Of a stretch of DNA of 64,000 nucleotides, positions 49,859 through 59,945 are shown piece after piece. Each line of letters opens with the position of its first letter. Within the stretch, counting starts at the first letter, position 1. The stretch spans positions 26,094 through 90,093 of the forward strand of contig CAZAXH010000005.1 of assembly GCA_964489065.1 (NCBI GenBank), written 5' to 3'. Under the pieces are notes generated by a model, which saw only the letters and a list, made by a program, of their open reading frames with translations, ran no database searches and was not told where the DNA came from. The translations under genes and the position numbers were made by a program. This DNA is from an uncultured Planctomycetales bacterium. Its GTDB lineage: Bacteria; Omnitrophota; Gorgyraeia; Zapsychrales; JANLHA01.

Positions 49859-51124
49859 ATGATCGCATGGTTTTATAATCTGGTCTTTATCCTAGCGGCA
49901 GTTTTCTACGCGCCGTATTTGTGTGTAAAGGGGAAATGGCACAAGGGGCTTGTTTCCCGGTTGGGGCCGGTGCCGGAGGATGTGACCCGGTTTTGTTCGT
50001 CCGGGCCCGTGGTCTGGATCCACGCGGTGAGTGTCGGGGAGGTTCAGGCCGTCAGCCGATTCATGCGCTTGTTGCCGAGGTATGTCCCCGGCGTCAAGAT
50101 CGTATTGACGACCGTTACGCCGACGGGTTATCATCTGGCGGCCTCCCGGCTGGGCCCGGATTGCCGGCTGCTTTATGCCCCGTTGGATTTGAGTTGGGTG
50201 GTGCGGCATTATGTTCGCCGGATTCGTCCCCGGCTGTATGTCACCGCGGAAACCGAAATTTGGCCCAATCTGTTTATGGAACTCGCCGGACAGAATACCC
50301 CGGTGGCCATTTTTAACGGCCGTATTTCCAATCAGTCTTTCAGGCGTTACCGGGCCGTTGTTGTGTTGACCCGCCAGATCCTTCAGCACGTGACCCTGTC
50401 GTGCGTGCAGACCCGGGAGGATGCTGACCGTATGTGCTGGCTCGGGGCGCCGGCGGACCGCGTGCATGTGCTGGGCAACGTAAAGTTTGACGAGGCTTCC
50501 CTGGAGGAAGGGTATGCCCGGGAGCGCGTGGGTTATGATGGGAAGGATGACATCTGGGTCGCGGGCAGCACTCATCCCGGCGAAGAAGACATTATCCTGA
50601 GATGTTTCACTGCGCTCAGGAAAAAATTCCCCCGCCTGAAATTAATTCTTGCTCCCCGGCATGTCGAGCGGGCTTCCGAGGTTTGCTCTCTGGTGGAAGC
50701 TTATGGTTGGCGGCCGACTTTGTGGAGCCGGCATATGGAGGGCCGGCTGGAGAAGGAGGCCGTGCTTGTCGTGGACACGATCGGTCATTTGAGGAAGATT
50801 TACGCCCTGGCAACGGTCGTCTTTGTCGGCAAGAGCCTGGTGGGCGGAGGGGGACAGAATATCATCGAACCGGCCGCGTACGGGAAACCGGTCATTGTAG
50901 GGCCGGCCATGGATAATTTTGAGCGGGTTGTTGAGGTCTTTAAGAATGCCCAGGCTATCGTGCAGGTCCGCGGGCCGGAAGAGCTGGAAGAAGCCCTGCG
51001 TTCTTTGCTGGAGGATTCGGACCGGCAGACGGCTTTAGGGCGGCGGGCCCGGGCGGTCGTCCTCGCGCAACAGGGCGCTACGGAAAAATCTCTTGCCTTG
51101 ATTTCCCCTTTGCTTGCGAAATAA
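49859..51124 (+). CDS. waaA: 3-deoxy-D-manno-octulosonic acid (Kdo) transferase
   Basis: The N-terminal membrane anchor and WIHAVSVGEV motif are present, with the C-terminal GT-B domain ...GGQNIIEPAAYGKPVIVGP. Confidence 0.9.
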   Translation: MIAWFYNLVFILAAVFYAPYLCVKGKWHKGLVSRLGPVPEDVTRFCSSGPVVWIHAVSVGEVQAVSRFMRLLPRYVPGVKIVLTTVTPTGYHLAASRLGPDCRLLYAPLDLSWVVRHYVRRIRPRLYVTAETEIWPNLFMELAGQNTPVAIFNGRISNQSFRRYRAVVVLTRQILQHVTLSCVQTREDADRMCWLGAPADRVHVLGNVKFDEASLEEGYARERVGYDGKDDIWVAGSTHPGEEDIILRCFTALRKKFPRLKLILAPRHVERASEVCSLVEAYGWRPTLWSRHMEGRLEKEAVLVVDTIGHLRKIYALATVVFVGKSLVGGGGQNIIEPAAYGKPVIVGPAMDNFERVVEVFKNAQAIVQVRGPEELEEALRSLLEDSDRQTALGRRARAVVLAQQGATEKSLALISPLLAK

Positions 51125-51171
51125 TATAAATATTAAAACAAATGTAATGAAACTATAGTAAAATATTTAAA

Positions 51172-52242
51172 ATGTGGCTTCGTCTGTATTTATATGAAGT
51201 GATATTCGGCCGGAAACATGGCTCTTGGGCCGTGGGTGTCCGGGGCGTGTTGTGGTTTTTTTCGATGCTGTACTCTTGGGTGATCCGGATTTGGCTTGCC
51301 GCGTATGACCGGCGGCTCTTGCCGGTGAGAGAATTGGGGAGGCCGGCTGTTAGCGTGGGAAATATTACCTGGGGAGGAGTTGGAAAGACGCCTTTTGTTG
51401 AATGGCTGGTGCAGTATTTTTTAGAATGTAAGGTCCGGCCGGCGATCCTGACGCGGGGATATATGCCCTCTCGAGGCGGCCGGGCGCTGTTCCCTGGCAG
51501 TGATGAAGCGCGGATGCTGCAGAAGAAATTTCCGGCTGTGCCGGTTATCACCGGAAGAGACCGCCGGAAAGGGGCCCGGGAGATTCTTTCTCATCGCGCT
51601 GTAGACGTGTTTATCCTGGATGATGGCTTTCAGCAGCGGGGGGTCAAAAGGGATATGGACATCGTGCTGATTGATGCGGCGAACCCTTTTGGCAACCGGT
51701 TTCTTTTGCCCCGCGGTTCGTTGCGGGAACCCCTGTCGTCTCTTCGACGGGCGGATGTCTTTGTCCTGACCAAGACCGACCAGGCGCCCGGGGCTTTGGA
51801 TGTTTTAAAAGATCAGTTAAAAACCTGGAATCCGTCGGCTGTTTTTGTCGAAACCGTTCATCAACCGGTATCTTTTTCGGCTTCCCATTCCGGGATGGCA
51901 CTCGCAGACATTAAAGGTCAGCCGGTGTGTTTGGTCAGCGGGATCGGAGATCCCCGGTCGTTTGAGAAAATAGTCATCAGGCTGGGAGCCCTTGTCCGGG
52001 ATACAAAATTTTTCCCTGACCATCACTGTTTTTCTGCCGGGGATGTGGAGGATATCGTCCGGAGCTGCCAGACACAAGGGATCCGTGTGATCATTATGAC
52101 GGCCAAAGACGCTGTCAAATGGCCAGAGGATTTTGAATGTTCTTCGTCCGGGCTTAAAGTTTTGGTTTTAAATATGGATATAAAAATAACAAAAGGGAAA
52201 GAGGCGCTTCTTGCTCGACTACGTACTTTACGTTGTTGTTAA
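51172..52242 (+). CDS. lpxK: Tetraacyldisaccharide 4'-kinase
   Basis: The P-loop SVGNITWGGVGKTP is present. It lies immediately after waaA, the canonical order. Confidence 0.85.
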   Translation: MWLRLYLYEVIFGRKHGSWAVGVRGVLWFFSMLYSWVIRIWLAAYDRRLLPVRELGRPAVSVGNITWGGVGKTPFVEWLVQYFLECKVRPAILTRGYMPSRGGRALFPGSDEARMLQKKFPAVPVITGRDRRKGAREILSHRAVDVFILDDGFQQRGVKRDMDIVLIDAANPFGNRFLLPRGSLREPLSSLRRADVFVLTKTDQAPGALDVLKDQLKTWNPSAVFVETVHQPVSFSASHSGMALADIKGQPVCLVSGIGDPRSFEKIVIRLGALVRDTKFFPDHHCFSAGDVEDIVRSCQTQGIRVIIMTAKDAVKWPEDFECSSSGLKVLVLNMDIKITKGKEALLARLRTLRCC

Positions 52243-54181
52243 GGCTTTCGGCGGGCTTGTCCGTCGGCTTCCGCTGGGAGTGGCGTTGATGCTGGGCCGT
52301 TTTCTGGGCCGGGTGGCGTACTATTTTGACAACCGGCACAGGATTCAGGTCTTGCTGAACCTCAAGACGGCTTTTTCCTCCACGAAAACCCCCGAAGAAA
52401 TTCAGGCGACCGCTCAAGCGGTCTTTGTAAATTTTGGGCAGAACATGATCGAGCTTTTGCGGATGCCGGATATGACTCCGGGCGCTTTCAAAGACTATGT
52501 GACCATTGAAGGCCGCGAACACGTTGAAGAAGCGCTGAAAGGGGGGAAGGGGGTTATCCTGCTGGCGATGCATAGTGGCAGCTGGGAATTGGCCAATTTG
52601 GCCAGCTCAACGCTGGGAGGCGTTTATAAAGTCATGGTTAACCCGCAGTCCCGTTTTTCGCGTCTGGATACCCTTCTGAATTCTTACCGCAGCTGTGGGG
52701 GGTCTGTTGTTTTGGAACGGGGGGCCGGAACCCGCGAGATGGTGAAAAGTCTGCTGCGGAATGAAATCGTCGCCATGGTGGTAGACCACGGGGGAAAGTC
52801 CGGGAAGAGGGTCCCGTTCTTTAACCGGGAAGCGAGTTTTTCCGTCGGTGCGGTGCGGCTTGCCCTGAAGTTCGGGACTCCGATTTGTTTTGCCATGATC
52901 AGGAGGGACGGGAGGGCGCACCATCATCTTACGATTCATAAGCCCATGGACCTGTTGGGCTCTGGAGATGTGGAGAAAGATGTCCGGGATAATTTGACGC
53001 GAATTGCCGGGATCATGGAAAAATATGTCCGGGAGAACCCGGCGGAATACATGTGGTTTTATAAAATATGGAAATATGCCACAGTGTCAGAAACTGTTCT
53101 CCTGGACGATGGGCGGACCGGTCATCTGCGGCAGTCTCAGGCCGTGCTGCGGACGCTTGAAGCGCATTTAAAAAAAGGGGGCCGGGACTGCCGGACGAGT
53201 ACCGTGGAGGTGGTTTACCGTAATGCCCTGGCCGCACGGGCGCTGGTGTTTCTCGGCTGTGTGAGCGGAGGGCTTTTGCGGCTGTTCCGCCTGCCGCTTT
53301 TAAAGTGGTGTTTGACTCCGGAATCGTTCCGGTCGCTTTTTAGCATTAAACCTGATTTTGTGATCTCGTGTGGCTCGGCGTCCGCTTACGTTAATTTTCT
53401 GCTCTCCGCCGAGCAGTATGCGGAAAATGTGTCTATTTTAAAACCGGGGGTTTTGAATGTCCGCCGTTTCAGCCTTGTTATTCTTCCCGAACATGATCGG
53501 CGGTGGGATAGCAACAATTATGATGATTCTAATGTGATTTTCACGAAAGGGGCCCTGAACCTGATCAATGCAGAGTATTTGCAGGAAAATGCCGAGAGGC
53601 TGCAGAAACGTTTTTCCCATCTGAAAATAGGGGATAACTTTAAGATAGGGGTCCTGCTGGGGGGGGATACGAAAGAATATGTGTTGTCACTTAAGAAGGT
53701 GAAAATCATGGTTCATCAGCTGACCGAGGCATCGGAGGAAATGAACGCGGATATTTTGCTTACCACATCCCGCCGGACTTCGGAAAAAGTCGAAAATTTT
53801 ATCCAACGGCATTTGAAACATTTTCCCCGCTGCCGTCTTCTGATTCTGGCGAACCGCAATAATGTCCCGGAGGCTGTCGGGGGCATCCTGGGGTTGTCTG
53901 ACATGGTGATCGTTTCCGGAGACAGCGTTTCCATGATTTCCGAGGCGGCTTGTTCCGGGAAACCGACGATCGTTTTCCCGATCCAGAGCCGTTTCCGGTT
54001 GAGAGGAAAAGAATCGAAACATCATCGCTTCATTGATGTCCTGACAGAACAGGGGTATATCCTGTCAACGGACGTCAGGCATATAAAACAGGCCGTATAT
54101 AATCTTGTCAAGAATAAGATCCGGCTTCATCCCCTGGACGACAGTGTCGTTGTTGAGGTGGGCTTGAAGAGGATCCTGTAA
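52211..54181 (+). CDS. Fusion protein: LpxL/HtrB-family lipid A late acyltransferase (N-terminal) + ELM1/DUF1022-like GT-B domain (C-terminal)
   Basis: The N-terminal 300 aa carry the LPLAT acyltransferase pattern (…ILLAMHSGSWEL…; …YKIWKY… at the end of the domain). The C-terminal roughly 350 aa start VLLDDGRTGHLRQSQAVLRTLEA, matching the start of ELM1-family proteins, and contain IVSGDSVSMISEAACSGKPTIVF, a GT-B C-domain-like motif. Confidence 0.65.
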   Translation: MLDYVLYVVVKAFGGLVRRLPLGVALMLGRFLGRVAYYFDNRHRIQVLLNLKTAFSSTKTPEEIQATAQAVFVNFGQNMIELLRMPDMTPGAFKDYVTIEGREHVEEALKGGKGVILLAMHSGSWELANLASSTLGGVYKVMVNPQSRFSRLDTLLNSYRSCGGSVVLERGAGTREMVKSLLRNEIVAMVVDHGGKSGKRVPFFNREASFSVGAVRLALKFGTPICFAMIRRDGRAHHHLTIHKPMDLLGSGDVEKDVRDNLTRIAGIMEKYVRENPAEYMWFYKIWKYATVSETVLLDDGRTGHLRQSQAVLRTLEAHLKKGGRDCRTSTVEVVYRNALAARALVFLGCVSGGLLRLFRLPLLKWCLTPESFRSLFSIKPDFVISCGSASAYVNFLLSAEQYAENVSILKPGVLNVRRFSLVILPEHDRRWDSNNYDDSNVIFTKGALNLINAEYLQENAERLQKRFSHLKIGDNFKIGVLLGGDTKEYVLSLKKVKIMVHQLTEASEEMNADILLTTSRRTSEKVENFIQRHLKHFPRCRLLILANRNNVPEAVGGILGLSDMVIVSGDSVSMISEAACSGKPTIVFPIQSRFRLRGKESKHHRFIDVLTEQGYILSTDVRHIKQAVYNLVKNKIRLHPLDDSVVVEVGLKRIL

Positions 54182-54208
54182 CCATTCGTGGTCTGAATCC
54201 ATCTGAAT

Positions 54209-56314
54209 ATGAATCTGCGGGTGTTACAAATATTGCCGGAACTGAATGTGGGGGGTGTGGAAACCGGGACCGTGGATCTGGCTAAATATCTGCTGGAACA
54301 CGGGCATACGCCGCTTGTGGTTTCCGACGGCGGCGCGTTGGTCCAGAATCTGGAACACATGGGGGTTACGCATTACCAACTCCCGGTTCATAAAAAATCC
54401 CTGATGAGTGCCTGGCGGTGTGTCAGGGCGCTGAAGCGTATTATCATCGAAGAAAAAGTTGACATCGTGCACGCCCGGTCCCGGGTTCCTGCTTGGATTG
54501 CTTTTTGGGCCTGCCGGGGGACAGCGGCCGCCTTTATTACGACCTGCCATGGATATTATTCAACGCATGTTTTCAGCCGGGTGATGGGCTGGGGGAAATA
54601 TGTGATTGTTCCCAGCGAAGTGATCGGCCGGCATATGATCGAAGATTTTGATGTGCCGGCGGACCATATTCGTTGTATTCCCCGCAGCGTCGATCTGGAT
54701 AGATTCAGCCTGCCGCACCAGCCGCAGAAAATGAAAACAAGCTTTAGGATCGTCATCATCGGCAGGCTGACACCCCTGAAAGGGCATACGTATTTCTTGA
54801 AGGCCATGGCGAAAGTCGTGCGTATTATGCCTTATGTTAAGGTTTGGGTCATCGGGGCGGCCCCCCGGGGTAAAGACAGCTACCGTCAGGAACTGGAAGC
54901 TCTCACCCGACGGTTGGGGTTGACGGATACGGTGGAATTCCTGGGAAACCGCCAAGATATCCCGCAGCTGTTGTCGCAGGCGGATGTCCTGGTCCTGTCT
55001 TCAACCGTTCCGGAGGCGTTTGGCCGGGTTATCATTGAGGCGCAGGCGGCCGATGTCCCGGTCGTAGCTACACGCGTCGGGGGAGTGGTGGAGATTATTG
55101 AAAATGAGAAGACTGGGCTTCTGGTCCTTCCGAAAGATCCCGACGCTATGGCGCAGGCGGTTATCCGTCTTTTGCAGGACCGCCCTTTTGCGCAGACAAT
55201 TGTGGAGCAGGCGAAAAAGAAAGTGCTGGCTCAATATACTCTCGCTCACATGGCTAAAAAGACATTGGCGGTTTATAAGGAGTTATTGAAGACAGTTAAT
55301 ATTCTGGTTATAAAAATCAGCGCGGTGGGAGATGTCGTTTTAGCCACGGCGGCCCTTAAGGCGGTGAGGGAGAAATTCCCCCAGGCCAGGATTGTCTGCC
55401 TGGTGGGAGAGGAATCCCGGGTTATCCTGCAGCGGTGCCCTTATGTTGATGAACTGATTGTGATTGATGCCAAACCCCGCCGTCAGCATCCGTGGCGGGT
55501 TCTTCAGTTGGGGAGAAAGCTGGCCCGGAATAAGTTTGATAAGGTGATTGATTTTCAAAACAACCGCTTGAGCCATATTCTGGCCTTTTGCAGTTTTGCC
55601 CGGGAGCGGTATGGGTATAACCGGAAATGGGGGTTCTTGCTGAATCGCCCCGTGGTTTTGCCGGAGACCCCTTTGCCGCCGGTCCCGCATCAATTCCGGA
55701 TTTTGAGCCTTCTGGAGATATGTGTCCCCCAAGAGGGCACAGCCTGTCTCGAACTGTGGCCGGCTGAAAAAGATTATAAACGTATTCAAGAACTTTTTGA
55801 ATCAGAATGGTTGGGGGCTCAGCACAATGTCGTTGGCCTTCATCTGGCTGCGTCAGTGCGGTGGGCGACGAAAAATTGGCCGCTGGAGTATGCGGCACGG
55901 TTGTGTGACCTTTTAGCGGCAAAGAATATCCGGGTTGTTATCACGGGTGTCGGTAAGGATTTTTCCGCCGGCCTAGAACTATTGCGCCTGACGAAATCCA
56001 AACCGGCTAATTTTATAGGCAAGACGGATATTATGGAAATGGCGGCTTTGATCAGCCGCTGCCGCGTGTTCATAACCCCGGATTCGGCCCCGATGCATGT
56101 GGCTGCGGCTATGGGAACGCCGTTTATCGCTTTGTTTGGCCCGACAGCCGCGTTCCGGCACTTGCCTCCGGCGGACCGTTATGTGGTTTTTCAAAAGAAG
56201 CTGCCCTGTTCTCCCTGTTACAGCCCAAAATGCCGTCTTAAAACGCACGCCTGCATGAAGGAGATATCTCCGGAAGAGGTCGCAGAGCAAGTTGTTCGTC
56301 TTATGACGGAGTAA
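54209..56314 (+). CDS. Fusion glycosyltransferase: GT4 (N-terminal) + GT9 heptosyltransferase-like (C-terminal)
   Basis: Residues 1-350 are MNLRVLQILPELNVGGVETGTVDLAKYL... with EAFGRVIIEAQAADVPVVATRVGG, the GT4 E-x7-E region. Residues 360-701 are NILVIKISAVGDVVLATAALKAVREKFPQARIVCLV... and ...FITPDSAPMHVAAAMGTPFIALFGP, the GT9 pattern. Confidence 0.75.
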   Translation: MNLRVLQILPELNVGGVETGTVDLAKYLLEHGHTPLVVSDGGALVQNLEHMGVTHYQLPVHKKSLMSAWRCVRALKRIIIEEKVDIVHARSRVPAWIAFWACRGTAAAFITTCHGYYSTHVFSRVMGWGKYVIVPSEVIGRHMIEDFDVPADHIRCIPRSVDLDRFSLPHQPQKMKTSFRIVIIGRLTPLKGHTYFLKAMAKVVRIMPYVKVWVIGAAPRGKDSYRQELEALTRRLGLTDTVEFLGNRQDIPQLLSQADVLVLSSTVPEAFGRVIIEAQAADVPVVATRVGGVVEIIENEKTGLLVLPKDPDAMAQAVIRLLQDRPFAQTIVEQAKKKVLAQYTLAHMAKKTLAVYKELLKTVNILVIKISAVGDVVLATAALKAVREKFPQARIVCLVGEESRVILQRCPYVDELIVIDAKPRRQHPWRVLQLGRKLARNKFDKVIDFQNNRLSHILAFCSFARERYGYNRKWGFLLNRPVVLPETPLPPVPHQFRILSLLEICVPQEGTACLELWPAEKDYKRIQELFESEWLGAQHNVVGLHLAASVRWATKNWPLEYAARLCDLLAAKNIRVVITGVGKDFSAGLELLRLTKSKPANFIGKTDIMEMAALISRCRVFITPDSAPMHVAAAMGTPFIALFGPTAAFRHLPPADRYVVFQKKLPCSPCYSPKCRLKTHACMKEISPEEVAEQVVRLMTE

Positions 56315-56507
56315 CGTCGCGTTTCTCATGGCAAGAGGGGGGAGGAAATGACGGCGCGATCTTTTTTTGTCCGCCTTCGCAGGAGACCCTGGGCATGCCC
56401 GGGGATGAAGGCGGGAGGTTAATAAGATCTTCTGTTGCGGGGGCTGTTCGCACGTATGTTAAGAAACTGCAGTATTCCGTGAAGGGAATTGTTAGGAAAT
56501 ACTGTGG

Positions 56508-57632
56508 GTGGGGGAGGGGTCTGTGGGAAACCTTAGGAAAGTTTTGTTTTTGACGACGCATTTAAATACCGGGGGGATCACGTCTTACCTGTTTACCTTG
56601 AGCCGCCGTTTTGCGGAGCGGGGGCTGTCCGTCGCGATTGCTTCTTCCGGAGGGGATCGGCAAGAGGAGTTCGCCGCGCTTGGCGTGACCCTGATGACCC
56701 TGAACATCCGGATCAAAAACGAACTGGATCCGCGTTTGTATGCGGCTGTAGTCCGATTGCGGCGGATGATTCGGAAAGAGGCGGTTGATATTGTGCATGC
56801 CCAGACCCGGGTGACGCAGGTGATGGGGACGCTGCTTTCCAGAATGACTCTCGCCACCTATTGTTCAACGTGTCATGGGTTTTTTAAACCGCGCTGGCAC
56901 CGCAGGGTTTTCCCCTGCTGGGGGAAAGCGGTGATCGCGATCAGTCCGGCTGTTCGGGAACATCTTAAAAACGATTTGTGCGTTGCAGAAAATCGGATTT
57001 TTCTCATCTCTAACGGGGTGGACGTTGAGGCGTTCCCTTTGAAGAACGGGGATGAAAAGCGGGCTTTGCGGAAAGCCTGGCAGCTCCCCGAAGGCCCTTT
57101 GCTGGGGATTGTGGCCAGGTTATCCGACGTTAAAGGGCACCCGGTTTTGATCAAGGCCATGCCCGCGATCCTGGCGCGTTTCCCGGACGCCCGTCTTTTG
57201 ATCGTCGGGGAAGGGAAAATGGAAGGGGTATTAAAGAGAGAAGTCGTCAGCCTGGGGCTTGAACAGCGGGTGATTTTTTCTCCGGTTGTCAACCGCACGG
57301 CGGATGTTTTGCCGTTATTGGATGTTTTTGTCCTGCCGTCTTTGCAGGAAGGGTTGGGGTTATCTGTCATGGAAGCGCAGGCCGCTGGACTGCCCGTCGT
57401 CGCCTCCCGCGTGGGGGGCTTGACCAGCCTTATTGAAGACGGCCGGACCGGCCGTCTTGTGGACCCCGGCAACAGCGAACAGCTTGCCGGGGCGATTATT
57501 GATTTGCTGGCGAACCCCCAGGAGGCGCAGGCCATGGGGTGGCAGGCGCGCGTGTTCATTGAACGGGAGTATTCCGCGGAACAGATGGCCCGGCGTACCG
57601 TGGAAATGTATGAGCGAATTTTGCCGGGTTAA
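56508..57632 (+). CDS. GT4 family glycosyltransferase
   Basis: GTG start; KVLFLTTHLNTGGITSYLFTLS and the C-terminal EGLGLSVMEAQAAGLPVVASRVGG (E-x7-E) are present. Confidence 0.8.
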   Translation: MGEGSVGNLRKVLFLTTHLNTGGITSYLFTLSRRFAERGLSVAIASSGGDRQEEFAALGVTLMTLNIRIKNELDPRLYAAVVRLRRMIRKEAVDIVHAQTRVTQVMGTLLSRMTLATYCSTCHGFFKPRWHRRVFPCWGKAVIAISPAVREHLKNDLCVAENRIFLISNGVDVEAFPLKNGDEKRALRKAWQLPEGPLLGIVARLSDVKGHPVLIKAMPAILARFPDARLLIVGEGKMEGVLKREVVSLGLEQRVIFSPVVNRTADVLPLLDVFVLPSLQEGLGLSVMEAQAAGLPVVASRVGGLTSLIEDGRTGRLVDPGNSEQLAGAIIDLLANPQEAQAMGWQARVFIEREYSAEQMARRTVEMYERILPG

Positions 57633-57680
57633 TAAGCCTGGCCCGGGCTGGTTTCAGCCCCGGGGGAAGGTGGAAGAGGC

Positions 57681-58703
57681 ATGAAAAAAGTCCTGGTTGT
57701 GAATGTCAACTGGGTGGGAGATACCGTATTCGCGACTCCGGTTTTTAAAGCCATCAAGGCAGAGTGGCCCGATGCTTTTGTGGCCTGTTTGGCCGTGCCC
57801 AGGGTTAAAGCGGTGCTGGAATGCTGCCCTGATGTGGATGACATCATCCTTTATGATGAACGGGGGCGGCACAGAGGGCTGTTGGGCAAGATTTATATCA
57901 TCTGGACTCTTTGGAGGCGGCGTTTTGATGTCGCGTTTCTTCTGCACCGGTCCTGGACGCGGGCTTTGCTCATTTTTTTGGCGGGGGTCAGGGAACGGGT
58001 GGGGTACGATGTTAAAAACCGGGGGCGGTTTTTGACCCATAGGATCCCATCGCCGTCGGGCCGTCTTCACCGTTCGGATTATTACCTTTCTGTCGTAGAG
58101 CACTTCGGGGTCCCGGTTCCGGACCGGACGTGTGAATTGAGAGTGGACCCCGAGGCACAACGTCAGGTGTGCGACCTTTTATCTTCCCGCCAAGTCGATG
58201 CCCGGGAACGGCTGATCATCGTCAATGTCGGCGCTAACTGGGATTTGAAAAAATGGCCGGCCGAACGTTTTTCCGAACTGATAGGACGTTTGTCACAGGA
58301 GCATTCCGCCCGGATTGTCATTCCCGGCGCGGAAAAAGATGCCGAGGCGGCCCGGGACATCAACCAGAAGGGCGGGGGCAAGGCCATTGTCCTTGCGGGG
58401 GAAACGAATCTTAAGCAGCTGATTGCGCTTATGAAAAGGGCTTCTTTGGTAATATCCGCGGATTCTGGGCCGATGCACATCGCGAGTTCCGTGGGAACTC
58501 CCGGGGTCGCGATTTTCGGCCCCACGCGCCCGGAACTCACGGGGCCGCGGGGGCGGGGAAAATTCCGTGTTTTGCAGAAGGATGTGGTTTGTAATCGTCA
58601 GGCATGTTATTTTTTGGAATGCCCTGACAATGTTTGCATGCAGGCGGTTTCTGTGGATGAGGTGCTGGTTGCTGTCCGGGATCTTCTGGCGGCCCGGGAA
58701 TAG
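57681..58703 (+). CDS. ADP-heptose:LPS heptosyltransferase (GT9)
   Basis: KVLVVNVNWVGDTVFATPVFKAIKAEWPDA and ...VISADSGPMHIASSVGTPGVAIFGPT are present. Confidence 0.8.
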   Translation: MKKVLVVNVNWVGDTVFATPVFKAIKAEWPDAFVACLAVPRVKAVLECCPDVDDIILYDERGRHRGLLGKIYIIWTLWRRRFDVAFLLHRSWTRALLIFLAGVRERVGYDVKNRGRFLTHRIPSPSGRLHRSDYYLSVVEHFGVPVPDRTCELRVDPEAQRQVCDLLSSRQVDARERLIIVNVGANWDLKKWPAERFSELIGRLSQEHSARIVIPGAEKDAEAARDINQKGGGKAIVLAGETNLKQLIALMKRASLVISADSGPMHIASSVGTPGVAIFGPTRPELTGPRGRGKFRVLQKDVVCNRQACYFLECPDNVCMQAVSVDEVLVAVRDLLAARE

Positions 58704-58906
58704 CCGGGCCGTTCTTTATGTCGGGGCGGAAGAGGAGGTCGGCCGTTTTCCCAGGGGTTCCGTAACAATGATGGAAGTTTCATGGACTTCCGTTGAAATC
58801 GTATTACAATGAGGATGATATATCCCCGAGTGAACCAGCGGTTCCCGCTGAGGAGGGTGTCTTCTTGAGGGGGCCGAGGGGCAGGGGGCTCTAAAAAGAA
58901 ATCCCG

Positions 58907-59905
58907 TTGATGAATATTGCTAAATCAGAAATAAAAAAAATTTTGGTTATTTCATTAAGCAACATCGGTGATGTTGTGATGACTTTCCCTGTCATGGACA
59001 TCCTGCATCGGGATTTCCCGAAAGCGAAGCTCTCGGTCGTCGTTGGGCCTAAAGCGGAGCCCCTTTTAAAAGGGAATCCGGATATCCACCGCGTCATCCT
59101 TTATCACAAGAAACAATCTTTCCCGCGGTTGTTCGCCTGGTTATTGCAGTTGCGGAAGGGCAATTATGATCTTGTCGTTGACCTGAAAAACACGATCATC
59201 CCGTTTTTGGTGTCAACGCATTATCTGACATCGCCGTTTTTAAAAAGGAACGCCGGCGAACATATGCGACAGCAGCATCTCCGGCGGCTGAAGGCGGTTT
59301 ACCCGTATAAAGAGGAACCCCGGGAGCGTTGCGCCCTTCATATCCCTCCGCAGGAGCGCTTGTCGGCCACGAATATGATTTGTAGCGAAGTCGGTGACCG
59401 GAAACCTTATGTGGTTATCGCGCCGGGGGCCGCGGATTCCGGGAAACGGTGGCCGGAAGAAAAATTTGCTTTGTTCTCGGACAGTTTGATTAAACGGTTC
59501 GGGGTTCAGGTTGTGTTTATCGGCGATAAAAATGATCGCATCCTGGCGGATGCCATTTGTCAGCGGATGGAGCAACGGGCGGTGAATTTTTGTGGACGCA
59601 TCAGCCTTATTCATTGTGCGGTGGTGCTGGAAAGGAGCTGCGCGGCTTTGGTGAATGACAGTGCCCCGATGCACCTGGCCAGTTATCTTGATGTCCCCAC
59701 CGTAGCGTTGTTCGGCCCCACAGACCCTCGTGTTTACGGCCCGTGGTCCCAGTCTTTCCGCGTTCTGGAACGTAAACGTTCTTGTCCGGCGTGCCAGGAT
59801 CCCCGCCGTCAGGCGAGGCACGGTTGTATGGAGGCTATTTCCGTTGAAGATGTTTTAGGTGTCTTTGAACTGGCGTCGTCAGGAAATGTCGTTTTAAAAG
59901 ATTGA
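58907..59905 (+). CDS. ADP-heptose:LPS heptosyltransferase (GT9) paralog
   Basis: KILVISLSNIGDVVMTFPVMDIL and ...LVNDSAPMHLASYLDVPTVALFGPT are present. Confidence 0.8.
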   Translation: MMNIAKSEIKKILVISLSNIGDVVMTFPVMDILHRDFPKAKLSVVVGPKAEPLLKGNPDIHRVILYHKKQSFPRLFAWLLQLRKGNYDLVVDLKNTIIPFLVSTHYLTSPFLKRNAGEHMRQQHLRRLKAVYPYKEEPRERCALHIPPQERLSATNMICSEVGDRKPYVVIAPGAADSGKRWPEEKFALFSDSLIKRFGVQVVFIGDKNDRILADAICQRMEQRAVNFCGRISLIHCAVVLERSCAALVNDSAPMHLASYLDVPTVALFGPTDPRVYGPWSQSFRVLERKRSCPACQDPRRQARHGCMEAISVEDVLGVFELASSGNVVLKD

Positions 59906-59945
59906 ATATGAATGCTTTATAATTTTTTTAAACCCCTATTGTTCC

